Positions 1 to 13,986 of a DNA stretch of 64,000 nucleotides are shown here, piece after piece. Location: the NCBI RefSeq assembly GCF_031769215.1, contig NW_026782196.1, positions 744,001-808,000 of the forward strand, written 5' to 3'. The number at the start of each line of letters is the position of its first letter. Within the stretch, counting starts at the first letter, position 1. The position numbers were made by a program, and so were the translations under genes. Below the pieces are notes generated by a model that saw only the letters and a list, made by a program, of their open reading frames with translations, had not been told where the DNA came from and did no database searches. The DNA comes from Ylistrum balloti. Its lineage: Eukaryota.

Positions 1-69
1 GTGAGTGTAACAGATGTCATTATTTTATTGCAATGCTTCAAGCATGATTGGAAACTGGGACATCTGTCT

Positions 70-357
70 TACTAGTCTTATGCTGAAATCATCGCACTTA
101 AAGATCTCTCTAGCTGAGCTGTATATTACATCTTGGTATTGACCAGAACCATTGCACTCCCCCTTCTGGAAAGAACTCATCCTCGAGTTTCCAGTGATTA
201 CAGTGATGTCTATGAGGCATGGCCAAGTATTATTCCTGATTCCTGATGGGTGCCAAGGTAACAGAGGTATTCTTTATTTCAAAACCTCTGCTAGGATTTG
301 AACTGGGGACCTCTGGCTTGCTAATCTTACGCTCTACTTAGCAATATGCAACAGCTA
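70..357 (-). mobile_element. Probable tRNA-derived SINE in the OSBPL8-like intron
   Basis: Minus strand of about 283-357 reads ...AGTAGAGCGTAAGATTAGCAAGCCAGAGGTCCCCAGTTCAAATCCTAGC, a tRNA-like head with a B-box (GTTCAAATC), followed by a non-tRNA body. Boundaries approximate. Confidence 0.45.
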
Positions 358-486
358 GATATTTACATAAGTTTTATTAATTTATTGATTTCTGAAATGA
401 AATTGACATTTTCTGACCTAAACATGTGATATAAAAGTGGACAGATATATTCCACATGGCACTACAGTGGTGGTCGTATATTGTAG

Positions 487-1253
487 TATGAGGCCGTGGG
501 ATCCCAGTAATGATCTGCTGCAGTATGAGTCCAACTACTGTATTCAAACATGGACACGTCACAAGACTCCAGTTGTGCGTACATGTAGCATTGCAAGTCT
601 GGAGCAGCAACCGGTGGCCACCGGTGGTCGGCTTGCACCCTGTATCCATCGAAGCTCTGTGAAGAGGCTACGTATTGTGGGAGAAGAGAGTGAAAGTTCA
701 ACGCCAGAGATTGACACTCGACACAACAGCGATTCATCTGACCAAACTAAAGGTAAGCATGCGTTTAAACAAACCTCAGCTGAAGGTGTGGACATAATGA
801 TCATGTTAAAGGTCAGATCAAATTAAATTCTGATGTAACATTTTTGTAGAATATTCATGGGAATTGATTGCATTTATTGTGTGACTGTATTGCATAAAGT
901 ATGTGTATATGTGTCCTTGGTGTTGTAAAACCAAACTTTTTCGTATTTGCTTATCATTTCCTTTTTGCAATTGTCAGTCTGTTGATTTCTTTTCAGCTCG
1001 ACGAATCCAGCGCACGGCTTCCAACAACAAGAGCCGTTTATCAGAAGATGCGCTTGTGAAAGCCCTGCAGCCATTGATAGACATGCAAAAAGAGACCAAC
1101 CAATCAGTTCAGCTATTACAAAAGCAAATGTTTTCCTTAAGGAAGGAGAAAGAGGAACCTCAAGGGAACAGTTCACTTGTCCAGAATCGTGATATACTCG
1201 TCGTGCTTGCTGTTGTCCTATGCCAGGTCCTGCTGCAGCTGCTGTGGAAATGA
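487..1253 (+). CDS. OSBPL8: Last two coding exons (487-752, 997-1253) of an ORP5/ORP8-type oxysterol-binding protein; gene begins upstream of the window
   Basis: MRPWDPSNDLLQYESNYCIQTWTRHKTP matches the end of the ORP8 lipid-binding domain as I recall it (TRPWDPLNDMIQFEKDGVIQTKVKHRTP). A coiled coil (LQPLIDMQKETNQSVQLLQKQMFSLR) and a C-terminal TM anchor (RDILVVLAVVLCQVLLQLLWK*) follow. Acceptor ttgtag/487, donor 752/gtaag, acceptor tttcag/997; phases agree. The window starts at a GTGAGT donor. Confidence 0.85.
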
Positions 1254-4200
1254 TCTGTTGTTAGAAATGTTTATTTAAAAATATATTTAGCTGTGATTTT
1301 CACTTTTACTAAACCATGTATGATCACAATTATTATTATCGAATGTGCAATAGCGATGATGAGCCTTGTTAACTGATGATTATTGAAACTTGATAGTTCT
1401 AACTACCATGGATAGCATTATATGTGTCTGGTGCAACTTCTTTGGTAAAGAGAGAACTACTCAAGGATGTGATATGGCAATATGTTTATGGCTTTTGGAT
1501 GTGTGGAAAATGTAATATTTGTTTGAAATTAGTGAAATTCGGGAAGAAAAGTGATCTGGAATAGTGTTCGTTAATTTGAAAATCTTACATGATTTTTTGG
1601 CAACAGTATTATACATACTTTGTATACATAATAATAAAAGAGCTCAATTAAGTAGTAATTCTTCAGTATCAAAAAATAATTTTTAACTTGAACATTCTCA
1701 CATTTCAATATTCCTCTTTAATTATTTAAAATTTTGTTTAAAATAATTGATCATTTCATGTCAATATTAGATAATTAGGACAGAAGAAATAGATATTGAC
1801 ATTGGTAAATTTACACTAGCTACTTTCCCCACTGATTTAGATATGTGCTTTTACAAAGTGATTTACAGATAATGAGGAAACCCTCAACCTGACTTTAATA
1901 GTTGAAAGTTGTCTGTGATAATAGGGAATGGCAACATACCAGTTATAACATGTTTGTATAATACTGTTTGCTAAAAAATAATGTATATTGGGGGGCACTT
2001 GTTATTGACAAGCTGATTAACCAGTTGTCAGTGGCAATCTTGCTGTCTGCACAATACATTAAGAAAAAAGGCGTTTTGCCCGGCCTGATATACACTCACC
2101 CCACACCTCACATTGTGGAGCTGCAATATTGTTATTGAATTGTTACCAAGGTAATGTTATATAATTAACTGGGCGTTAACTCAGTAGACTGTCAGTTGAT
2201 GTACTTAAATGTGTAATGACCAAAGGGAAATTCTTGTCTTCTTCGCTGCTGATCTGATTTGGTTACTGTTTATGTACAATAATTTCTGCTGTACTTTGGT
2301 TTTTTACAAAAGCAATGTTATTACAGGGTCTGTACTTGATATTGAAACATTCTTTATGGAAACAATATTCTCAATTTTGGTATTATTAATTTAAAGATTG
2401 AAATAGTTGAGTAGATATATTGTACATGTATTATGCAATTTTATGAAAACACACATATTTCTTGATCACATCAGTATGACATACTTTGTTAACATCATAT
2501 ACAATTAATATATTCTATGGCCTTTATATTCAGTTATTAAAAAGAAATCTCAGTGTGTAATTCAGTACCATATGCAGTACCAAAGTTTATTAAGACATGT
2601 TTAATCAATTTTTGTCTGATTTTTATTTGTGTTCAGTTTTTGTGCAATTTAAGATATATTCTGATATTTGTTTGATTTTTTTTAATTATATGTTATTTTG
2701 AACTTTCACTACAATATATTTCTTTATTGTGTCAATATGTATTTATCTCTACATACATCTAACACTTATCACTGTGTGTATGCAGCACGATTGTACAAAT
2801 ATAAGTACTTGAAACACCAGTTGTAATAACGAGCTGAATCGCACATTTAATACATAATGTATTTTAGACATTTTCATTATCAGCTGAAATCCAAGCGCCT
2901 AAGCAATTACGATATTTCACTTTTAACACTATGAAAATTATTGCTATATTGTGTGTTTGTTTTTTTTGTATTTCACACACATACTACTTTCACAAGTTTT
3001 TTGTTTTGGGAATCACTGATATAAGATATTCTTGTGAATTTCAGTAGTATTGCAAATTCACTCAGAGGTAGTACAAAGCAATATGAGGTTACATTACATA
3101 TCAGTTATACGTTTTCTTTATATTTACATGTCTTCATAGACAATAGTCATAATACCAGTAGGACACATTCTCTTTATATCTGACCAATTTCAACTATTCT
3201 AATGATTCGATCAACTACTAAAACATATTGATATATCTCTAAATTTTGTTATAAACTGTTGTTGATGTGCAGTAAGAATCTTTTTGACAAGACTGAGGGA
3301 CCTAGTATAATTTTACATTATATGTTATCTAGTCGTGTTGGTACTAAGTCAAATATTTCTGCTGTTTTAGCGCTCAAGGCACATGGATCTTGATAAGACT
3401 TTTGATATGTTACAGTTATGTTGATTAAAGTATTTATTGGCTGAGCGAAAAAAAAAAGTAAAAACAGAAAGTATTCAGTGATGTGCCTTTATCAATTGCT
3501 AATTTATTTCACTATGGCTGTGATATTTAACAAAATGGATACAGCAATATTTTGTCCTCTTGTGCTTCATTTGAAATCTTTGTGCAGAACTTTCAGAATG
3601 TTGACAAAACTTAATACTCGGCCATCAACATTGATACAAAATTTAATCTCTAAACTGTTATGACAGAATTATATCTCATAAGTGCTCATGCTGAAACGAT
3701 GTTTCATTCAATTAGAAGATACATTTTCTATCTGTCTCATTCTGTCAGGGAGAATTTTTCATAAACATTTGATATGTTGAATGCAACAAAAATTACTGTA
3801 TAAAGATTAATATTTTTCGTATGCCAGAAACGTTTGAAGATTTGTGACCAGATTTAAGTTGGTAGTACAGAAAATCCTTATTTTATTGGTCGTGTGTTTT
3901 TTTTATCCCAGGAAGTGCAATTTCTGCCCATATTTATAAATATGTTGTTAATGAAAATAACCCTGTTTATGTGTTGATGTGATACGCATCAATAAGAGGT
4001 CTTTGTTGCTTTCTACATTTAATGTTATACTGGGTATTTAAAAATGAAAATGCTCATGTGTAAAGATATCGTTTGATGAATTGAAGGAAAGTCCTTCATA
4101 TGCTATCAATGTAGAATAGATCATATCAATGCATAATGCAAGTTCTCATTCAAAGCATATAACAATTTACATAGAGAAAGTACCTCAAAATACTGGTAGC

Positions 4201-4339
4201 TATAGTTTTGTGATGTGTGGATCTGGGACCAGAAAATAGGACTGCTTGTAATTATGGGATCTAGTTACAATAATTATAATCATGGGACTGTGAAGTGACA
4301 CTGACTAGGATTTAGTGAGTGTCATTATGGGGTCTTCCT

Positions 4340-6570
4340 AGTGATAATAACTGTAATTACGGAGACTGCTTAGTGACAATGACTGTAATTACAGGGACTG
4401 TTTAGTGACAATGATTGTAATTACAGGGACTGTTTAGTGACAATGACTGTAATTACAGGGACTGTTTAGTGACAATGACTGTAATTACAGGGACTGCTTA
4501 GTGACAATGACTGTAATTACAGGGACTGTTTAGTGACAATGACTGTAATTACAGGGACTGCTTAGTGACAATGACTGTAATTACAGGGACTGTTTAGTGA
4601 CAATGACTGTAATTACAGGGACTGTTTAGTGACAATGACTGTAATTACAGGGACATTTTAATGACAATGACTGTAATTACAGGGACTGTTTAGTGACAAT
4701 GGCTGTAATTACAGGGACTGCTTAGTGACAATGACTGTAATTACAGGGACTGTTTAGTGACTCATTGTAATTACAGGGACTGTTTAGTGACTCATTGTAA
4801 TTACAGGGACTGTTTAGTGACAATGACTGTAATTACAGGGACTGTTTAGTGACAATGACTGTAATTACAGGGACTGTTTAGTGACTCATTGTAATTACAG
4901 GGACTGTTTAGTGACAATGACTGTAATTACAGGGACTGCTTAGTGACAATGACTGTAATTACAGGGACTGTTTAGTGACAATGACTGTAATTACAGGGAC
5001 ATTTTAGTGACAATGACTGTAATTACAGGGACATTTTAGTGACAATGACTGTAATTACAGGGACTGTTTAGTGACAATGGCTGTAATTACAGGGACTGTT
5101 TAGTGACAATGACTGTAATTACAGGGACTGTTTAGTGACAATGACTGTAATTACAGGGACTGCTTAGTGACAATGACTGTAATTACAGGGACTGCTTAGT
5201 GACAATGACTGTAATTACAGGGACTGTTTAGTGACTGATTGTAATTACAGGGACTGCTTAGTGACAATGATTGTAATTACAGGGACTGTTTAGTGACAAT
5301 GATTGTAATTACAGGGACTGCTTAGTGACAATGACTGTAATTACAGGGACTGTTTAGTGACAATGACTGTAATTACAGGGACTGCTTAGTGACAATGACT
5401 GTAATTACAGGGACTGTTTAGTGACAATGACTGTAATTACAGGGACTGTTTAGTGACAATGGCTGTAATTACAGGGACTGTTTAGTGACTCATTGTAATT
5501 ACAGGGACTGTTTAGTGACAATGATTGTAATTACAGGGACTGTTTAGTGACTCATTGTAATTACAGGGACTGTTTAGTGACAATGACTGTAATTACAGGG
5601 ACTGTTTAGTGGCAATGACTGTAATTACAGGGACTGTTTAGTGACAATGGCTGTAATTACAGGGACTGTTTAGTGACTCATTGTAATTACAGGGACTGTT
5701 TAGTAACAATGACTGTAATTACAGGGACTGCTTAGTGACAATGATTGTAATTACAGGGACTGCTTAGTGACAATGATTGTAATTACAGGGACTGCTTAGT
5801 GACAATGACTGTAATTACAGGGACTGCTTAGTGACAATGACTGTAATTACAGGGACTGTTTAGTGACAATGACTGTAATTACAGGGACTGTTTAGTGACA
5901 ATGACTGTAATTACAGGGACTGTTTAGTGACAATGACTAATTACAGGGACTGTTTAGTGACAATGGCTGTAATTACAGGGACTGTTTAGTGACAATGACT
6001 GTAATTACAGGGACATTTTAGTGACAATGATTGTAATTACATGGACTGTTTAGTAACAATGACTGTAATTACAGGGACTGCTTAGTGACAATGACTGTAA
6101 TTACAGGGACTGTTTAGTGACAATGACTGTAATTACAGGGACTGCTTAGTGACAATGACTGTAATTACAGGGACTGTTTAGTGACAATGACTGTAATTAC
6201 AGGGACTGTTTAGTGACAATGACTGTAATTACAGGGACTGCTTAGTGACAATGACTGTAATTACAGGGACTGTTTAGTGACTGATTGTAATTACAGGGAC
6301 TGCTTAGTGACAATGACTGTAATTACAGGGACTGTTTAGTGACAATGACTGTAATTACAGGGACTGTTTAGTGACAATGACTGTAATTACAGGGACTGCT
6401 TAGTGACAATGACTGTAATTACAGGGACTGCTTAGTGACAATGACTGTAATTACAGGGACTGCTTAGTGACAATGACTGTAATTACAGGGACTGTTTAGT
6501 GATAATAACTGTAATTACGGAGACTGCTTAGTGACAATGACTGTAATTACAGGGACTGCTTAGTGACCAA
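4340..6570. repeat. 32-bp minisatellite, about 69 copies
   Basis: Unit GTGACAATGACTGTAATTACAGGGACTG(T/C)TTA; contains the 12-bp palindrome CTGTAATTACAG. Confidence 0.97.
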
Positions 6571-9500
6571 TGTAAGGAGAGAGATATTGGTGTCCCACTC
6601 CCAGGCCATAGTCATCTGGATCAGATATCTTAATTCTCTAATTATAAAAAATCCTATTGGTTCTGTACTTTCTGTGTTGGGTCTATTACTTGCCAGGTAA
6701 ATATTTATACAATGTATATCTAAGTTTATGATTGGTTTATGATGAATATCCTGATCACTTTTTACCACAGCCATTGTTCTTTTACTGGTCATATTTCAAC
6801 CAATCAGAATCTATGAATAAAGAAACACATATAACATGTATTTATCATGAATGACTTTTTCAGGTATGCTTTAATTCTCTTCATTATTCACAGATTTTGC
6901 AACAGTTGAAAGTGTTGCACCGCTTTGCTGTTACTGCTTACTGTTAGTTATTAAGGTCTGCATGGGTATGGGGCTAATAAGAAGGTGTAGGTAAGACATC
7001 CAACATCCATCCTGTGAATATAGAACAGTCCATAGGCTCTAACACTGCAGCATTTGATAATTCTGTAAGGCTCCTTGCTGTACTAGATACTGGACGACAA
7101 CACCCACAGGTAAATTCCCAATTATTCTTACATTCTACTAATCAGACTGATATATCATAGATATTCACATTTAATGCACACTTTTTAGCCTAAATATAGC
7201 TTCTCTAAATAGTGATGGGCACAATTCAAGGGATATTCATTATTAAAGGATGCCAGGATTATTAGTTTTTTTTCCTTATACAAGTAGTAAAAAGATGATA
7301 AACATCAAGATTGGGACTAGAAAAAAGCAAGGTGAGGGTTGTTGTTAGCTTAGGTTTGGGGTCATTTATTTTTTAAATTTTTTTCTTTACCATGAAGCGA
7401 TACATTTAACTTGAAATACCAAGGTCAACTCTAATGAAGATTTAATGAAAGCTTGTCAATAAGAGATGTTGAATTTCAATGAATTAGTGGTACAGAGGTT
7501 TACAATAGTTTTTATTATTTAAATCTCATTTGGTTAAAAGTAAAGGTATACATGTAGACTGTCAACAAAGAAGTAGAGTTGTGTGTAACTTGTCATTCAC
7601 ATGGCTTCTGTTAAAAAAATGTATACAGTAAATAAAAAGCTTAAAATAAATTTTTAAAAAAATCCAAAATTTTCTGTCTTGAAGAACTGCTTTTTTTTGT
7701 AATTAAAACTCAGAAGTGTATGTAATATCTACCTTCATGTTTTTAATACTGGAAAACTGTTTGCCTGTGGTATTTTGTACTGCAGTGTGTCCCTTGGTTC
7801 TTTTTATACATATAATGGATTATCTACAATAATATGTCTACAAAATAATAAAAACTAAGAACTGTTGACAATTGGAGGATGGTAAAGAAACTCACAGTAA
7901 GTACAGCCTTGATGCAAGCACATGCAGAAATTGTTCAATAGTGGATGTCTGTTAACTTATATTGGAACGTAGTGCTGTATTTTGTTGGTGTTATGTAATA
8001 TACAATTTGCCATTTTAAATCATTTATTATGTTTCCAGGTTGTCAAATATTTGACCAATTTATGAATAAAACATGGTCCAACTTGCCTGATGGATTTTTT
8101 GTTTTCATTATCTTCCATACGAGACCCAGTAACTTATGAAGTGAATCTTAGTCAGCTAGAGTCTCCAGTAGTGGACAATTCTTAATCATCAATATACTGG
8201 TACCCAGAATGTTTGTTTTTAGCTCACCTGTCTGAAAGATCAAGTGAGCTTATTTTTCCCTTGTGTAGCATCTGTCATCCATCCAGCATCATCTTTTACT
8301 TTTAAATGACTTCTTAATGACCAAGAGGTCCACGATATTGATATTGGACTTCTAATATGCTGGAATGAAGGGCTGTCATTTTGTTCACCTTGACTCACTT
8401 TCTAGGTCACACGGGTATGTGTTGAAAAATCTTTCAACAATTTCTTAACAATACAAATCAGCAAATTACACCCCTCTCCACTAAATATGAAATTACAATG
8501 CCAAGAATGAAATTTAAATATATCCATGCCCCAAGTAAAAAGTTCTGGTAACTAATAGTGTAGGAGATGGAGTCAAACAACCTGATTTCTTTGATGTAGA
8601 TCAAAAGTCAAAATGAAGGTCATACTGACCTACTTCTAATACACCAGACACCACTTTATGAAGGTGAACCTATACTCCAAGTGATAAGTTCCAGTTACTA
8701 GTAGTGTAAGAGATAAAGCCAAGACAATTTATTTTCCTTACCATAGCTAAAAAGTCAAAATGTGGGTCACAGTGACCTAATTTTGATAATGACACTGCCT
8801 CATCAAGATGAACTGATAACAAAAGTATAAACTTCCGGAAATAAGTAGTGTAGGAGATGAAGCCTAAAACAAGATGGAATAAGTATGAATGGAAGGACAC
8901 TGCAGTTCCTACTAGGGGACTAAAACCCAAGTGGCACAGGATATCGATATTGAGTCTGTAGCATGCATTGATGAAGGGCAATCAAATTTGTATAGAAGAA
9001 TGACTTTGACCCACTTTCAAGATCATAGAAGTCAAATCTTTAAACCATATATTCTCAATAACCTAAATGCCTTGGGTCATGGTAATAGGCCGGAACTAAA
9101 ATCAACAAAGCTTGTTCAATTGAATTACTTGACTATCAAGGTTACAGTAGTCAAATATATTAAGAAGTTAACTTCTTTGCAATAACAATGATATTTGTGA
9201 AGTAGCTTGCTTTAAGAGAGGCTTTTTAGTTTGCAGAAATTGTTTTAGGGACAAAAGTCTTCTTTTTAAGCTGTCTAATATGTAAGCAATTCAGGCCCAT
9301 TAGGTGCATTATTAATGTGGTGTATGTAATAATCTTCAAGTGCCTATGGTTTCTTACCTATAAGCTACATCTTTAAACACAAAATTCAGCAACATAGCCA
9401 GCAATGTGCATGCCATATTTTTGGCTTCAGTGGGTTTGAATTGTGACATTTGATGTTTGTTCCAACCATTTACATTGTATAAAAAAACTACTGAGATGAA

Positions 9501-10153
9501 ATTTTGAGACACAATCACTATAGAACCTAGATAAGCAGGACATTGTTTTATATTTCATCTTGTAAATACTGGTATATGTTGTTGATTGTGTGATCTTGGA
9601 TTGTGGCAGTGCTAAAACCATTAAAATACCCCAACAATGAGGGGCATTTAATTTAGATATTTGAGTTCTTGCCATGAGGAGGATTGCATAAAACAAACAT
9701 GGAAATGGAGGTTGAACATTTCCATTTCTATTTAGGTAAAACATTACATTGAAATTAAGCAATAAATATGAAAAGTTTAGTGTAAAAAAACACACTACTA
9801 AAATCCACACCAAAAATTGTAATATATGTCGGAATATATTCACATTAATCTGCATATGTCTTTTCATCTTCACTTACCACGGAATATAATCCATTCCCTT
9901 TAAGGAGAAGTGTTGTATGGAACACCCATGGTTAGTGAAAACATGATATTTCCACAAAGTGTCACCCATTTAAATCAAATCTGTGGGTACTAATTCCCAC
10001 CAATTCTATTGCAAAACAGTACCATGCCAATTGTATACTGTTATGTTATTGAGACATGAATGTAAGTAGAATATTGTCTCCACACACATCAATGTTACCA
10101 AATTGCAAAAACAAAATGAAACATTCTAAAATTTCTTTCTTTAATTTAAATAG

Positions 10154-13100
10154 CTAATCATCATCGTCACTACTGTCATCATTCCTGTTTATTTTTCGAT
10201 GGCCAAAAATTGTCTTCTTTGTGTTGAACTCCTCTGGAATGTCAATCACTCCTGAAAACAAAAATGGCATCATAATTGAATACTAAGTATTATATTTTTT
10301 GCCTTTGTATTCATTATCAAGCATACTATTAAGAACTGCATGAAAGTCAGTCAATCACACCAAAATAACAACATGTAGAGGCTATATTGAAGTTTGGTAT
10401 TTAGCCCTATTATTACACATGGTTAAAAAGGGAGGAGAGGGAAACCTACATTATACATTAAGTCCATATACATGTACCACATATATATAACAAAATGAAG
10501 TACCTGTTATATATTGTATAACTTACCTGATTTTCCTAGCCTTTTCTCTAGCACAATTGTCTGGAAGCTGTCAGTGTTTCCAAGGTCTTCAAACCCAATC
10601 ACTCTGGAACAGAAAATGATTATTATTGAATAACTAGACCAATGTCGAGGAAGGGCCCCGCATAATACCTACCCCTTATGATTGAGTTTCTTAATATTAA
10701 GAAATATATGGACAGGTGTCAAGTATTGAAAGCAACTTTCATCAAAATCCAATGAAAATGGACAGATGGACAGATATATGGATCGACGGACAGGGAAACG
10801 GACGGACAGACAGACGGACAGGGTGAACATTGAACTCGAATGAGGGGCTTATGTACCAAGTATCACAAAGCAATTTTTAAAGAAATCCCAAATCATTCCT
10901 TCAGAAGAAATTCTCTGTAAAACATTCAGCCAATCAGATTGCAGCAGCCTCATTAAATATGCGCAGAATTTGGCGAACATCGAACTTGAGCGAGGGACTT
11001 ATGTACCAAGTATCATAAGCAAGTTTCATCGAAATCTCATCATTCCTTCTCAAGATATCGTGCGGAAAGCGAAACGGACAGACAGACGGCGGGACAGACG
11101 GACAAGGTGATTACTATAGGGCACCCGCATCGCGATGCGGGGCCCTAACTATTGCATAACACCATCCTCTAACAACAGATTCGTTAATGTATATATGAGT
11201 ATAAAACTACAGGCAGTTTCTTTTCGTCACAGGAAAATTAGCAACAAATGTTATGTAACAGCAGCTATGTGTAAAATGACATAAATATGACAAAAGTCAT
11301 TAGAGATATTGTTATAAGATTAATGAAATCTAAATAGTTTATTTAAAGATAAATTACTAAAGCAGGTAGACATAAGTTACGTCATGTCTTATTTCAAATA
11401 ACAATGCATTTTCATTCTCATTTTCAGGGAATTTATCATTTTGATGATCAGTTTCACATTTAGATTTTTAAAAGAAGAGAGAAATTGACTCTTACAAAAA
11501 AGTACCTAACTAGTCAACAATTACAATTAAACAGCTACAAAAATTATTATTTGTTGTTGGTATCAATATGACATTTACTTGAACTGGTATAAAATAAAAG
11601 TAAACAAAAAGACCTATAACAAATAACCAAATTGAGAATAAAATATAATTTGAACTCACCTGTCACAAACAATGCCTTTGTTAAAACATATGAGGGCTGG
11701 CAACATCCGGATTTTTAGTTTTTCCACAAAGAATTTTGCATTGTCTACATTTATTTTTGCAAACTTTGTTTCGAAATATATCTTTGATAATTTCTGAAGA
11801 AAAAAGAAGGAAAAAATATGTAATATTAATGTAATTGAACAATTCAAGATGCAAAACTAGTATCCTCAAAGCGTCACACTCAAATTTTCTACATGTTGTG
11901 CTATAAAAACTTTAATTCGAAAGCCAGTATCAGTTATATATGTACAAGAGGGCATACATACATGTAATTCAAAAGAAAATTTGCAAAACAGTGTAACCTA
12001 TCATTATCTTTTTTCCTGATATAGATCATAAATCTTATATCCACCTGTCATTCAAGTTATTTTAAAAGTCATTATAATCATATTAAGTTTGTTAATGTAA
12101 CTGTGATTATATATAAAAAACAAGTTAATACAAAGACATTCTCTTAAACATCAGTCTGTTTGGCAAGAATACAAATGAATCAGAAAGTGCAAAGCTACTA
12201 GTAACCTCTAAATGTGTATCCATTATTGCACATCGTCTAAAGTCAGCATGGAAGAAATGAACAACACATCTATCTTCACTTGTTGTCATGTCCAAAAACT
12301 GTTTTTCCTCCATAATCTCTCTGAAATCATAAGGCAATATCAATTGTACAATATTCAATTTTAACCACAGTTAGCTAAGTAATGTATTTCACACTTAACG
12401 TTTTTCTTATCATTACAAATTTAATCTATCTACTATATAGAAGACATGTGACTGTGGGAGCTAGGTATATATTACTTGTTTTATTGTTAATGTGTTCTAG
12501 ATGTTGCATATGGTGATGTGAACATCTTTGGATTCTAGAGGAGGAACTGGAATACTTGTTATAGATGATAGTCTCGGTCTCATTTCAGATTTATGACATA
12601 ATCGAGAAATGGTAAAAGTCATAAAGTTTTTTTTTTTTTACTTACGTGTACATGCCATGACTTTTTTCTTTCATTAGTTTAAATTGTTCAGCCTCACTCT
12701 TAAGACTCTGCAGTCGGGCTTCTCGTAAATGTGCAGGGATTTCCTCATTCTCTAACTCTTCAAGAAGTTTCTAGATGACAAAACATTTGTTATTAGCAAC
12801 TGATCATGATTAATATTCCTTAGGTCATGATTGCCAATTCCAAATAAATTCAACGGATAAATAATCTAAATATCCTAAACGTCTCGTTGTCGCGAGAAAA
12901 CCAAATACGAAACCCATCAAAATAAACCATCTTTTGTGTAGACAAAACCTCTGCCAGTCAAAACATGTTGTGTAGACAAATATGCACGTCACTTCATAAT
13001 TCATCCTCCAAAACACTTGACTACTTCATGGTATTTAGTGTCTTTACAGATATCCCTTTCAATTGTTCAACTATAATTAAGTAGTATAAGATATATTTAT

Positions 13101-13199
13101 ATCCAATCACAAACTAGTTTAAAACCACAATACCTCTTCTGCAAGAGCTTCGTCGTCGAGGATCTCGTTTGCTCGATCGAGTGTCGTCGCGGCCGCCAT
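10154..13199 (-). CDS. Phosducin-like thioredoxin-fold protein of the PhLP3 (TXNDC9/Plp1) family, 6 exons
   Basis: Exons 13199-13134, 12770-12646, 12320-12206, 11793-11660, 10603-10527, 10251-10154, all GT-AG and in phase. Protein: MAAATTLDRANEILDDEALAEEKLLEELENEEIPAHLREARLQSLK...CVVHFFHADFRRCAIMDTHLEKLSKIYFETKFAKINVDNAKFFVEKLKIRMLPALICFNKG...VIGFEDLGNTDSFQTIVLEKRL...DDSSDDDD*. Confidence 0.9.
10631..11147 (+). mobile_element. Non-autonomous HINE/DINE-1-like (Helentron-associated) element in intron 4 of the PhLP3 gene
   Basis: Subterminal inverted repeat GGGCCCCGCAT (10653-10663) / ATGCGGGGCCC (11135-11145); perfect 18-bp palindrome CCCGCATCGCGATGCGGG (11124-11141); GACA/GACG microsatellite tracts; two internal ~150-bp related units containing CTTATGTACCAAGTATCA. 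Confidence 0.6.
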
Positions 13200-13620
13200 T
13201 TTCAAACAAAATGTGACTCAATATAGGGCGATAACTCTGCTAGTACTTCCTGTTTATAGCAAATTATTTTTCGATAAGATCATAATAAAATAAATCACCG
13301 TGATTATTCTAAAACTTGGTACAGAATAATGTAGTAGGACACAGACATGAGGGTACAGTTATGCATGCTTGAAATATTTATCTGATTTTTATCCCGGATA
13401 AATATGACCGAATACGTTTCCGTTTTAGTGGTTGGTAAATGCCATCCGTGTAAACAATAAATAAACGAGGGTGACGTTGATGCCAAAAATATTTTTCCAC
13501 ACTTCTTTCTATGAGATGGAATGGCTATTTCAAAAAACAGATTTAAGATTTAATTCCATTAACACCTGCGTTGAATGTCATGTTAATTGACATACGGGAC
13601 CGATACAGAAAGCAAGGTAC
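13200..13620. promoter_or_regulatory. Probable bidirectional promoter, PhLP3 (-) / F-box-LRR (+)
   Basis: Divergent starts under 800 bp apart; local CpG enrichment; YY1-like CCGCCATTTT over the PhLP3 ATG; ETS-like ACTTCCTG near 13244; possible F-box 5'UTR donor AAG/GTAC near 13616 and acceptor TGTAG at 13985. Confidence 0.5.
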
Positions 13621-13986
13621 ATGTAATATGAATATATTTTGCAAATGTCAACTGTCATGTGATACTTTTTGTAGGAAAATAGCTGACATTTAAAAGTTTT
13701 TAACAGAAACAGATGTTAACTGAAGAAACCTTATACACTTTTTAAAGGTAAGCATGAAATATGAACATTACGAAAATGTTTTTTTTTCTCATACATATTT
13801 TCCTGGTTTATTTAAGGTTTTACTTTTTTCTCACATCAGTTCATAAACCCTCTTGCTATAGATCAAACGTATGCATTAGATAAAAATAGTTTTCTGTGTT
13901 TACCATCACCACCTTTCTGTATTCTTTATATCGTATCTAAGTATCTTATTGTTTTTAAAATTTTAAGTGCTCTTTTAATTTGTAGA

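Noticed and set aside
283-357. Functional tRNA gene
   Set aside because: B-box present but I could not build a convincing cloverleaf or A-box; better explained as a SINE head.
437-486. N-terminal part of ORF 437-826 (MDRYIPHGTTVVVVYC)
   Set aside because: ORP8 similarity starts at MRPWDP, right after the ttgtag acceptor at 486, so the upstream part is intron read-through.
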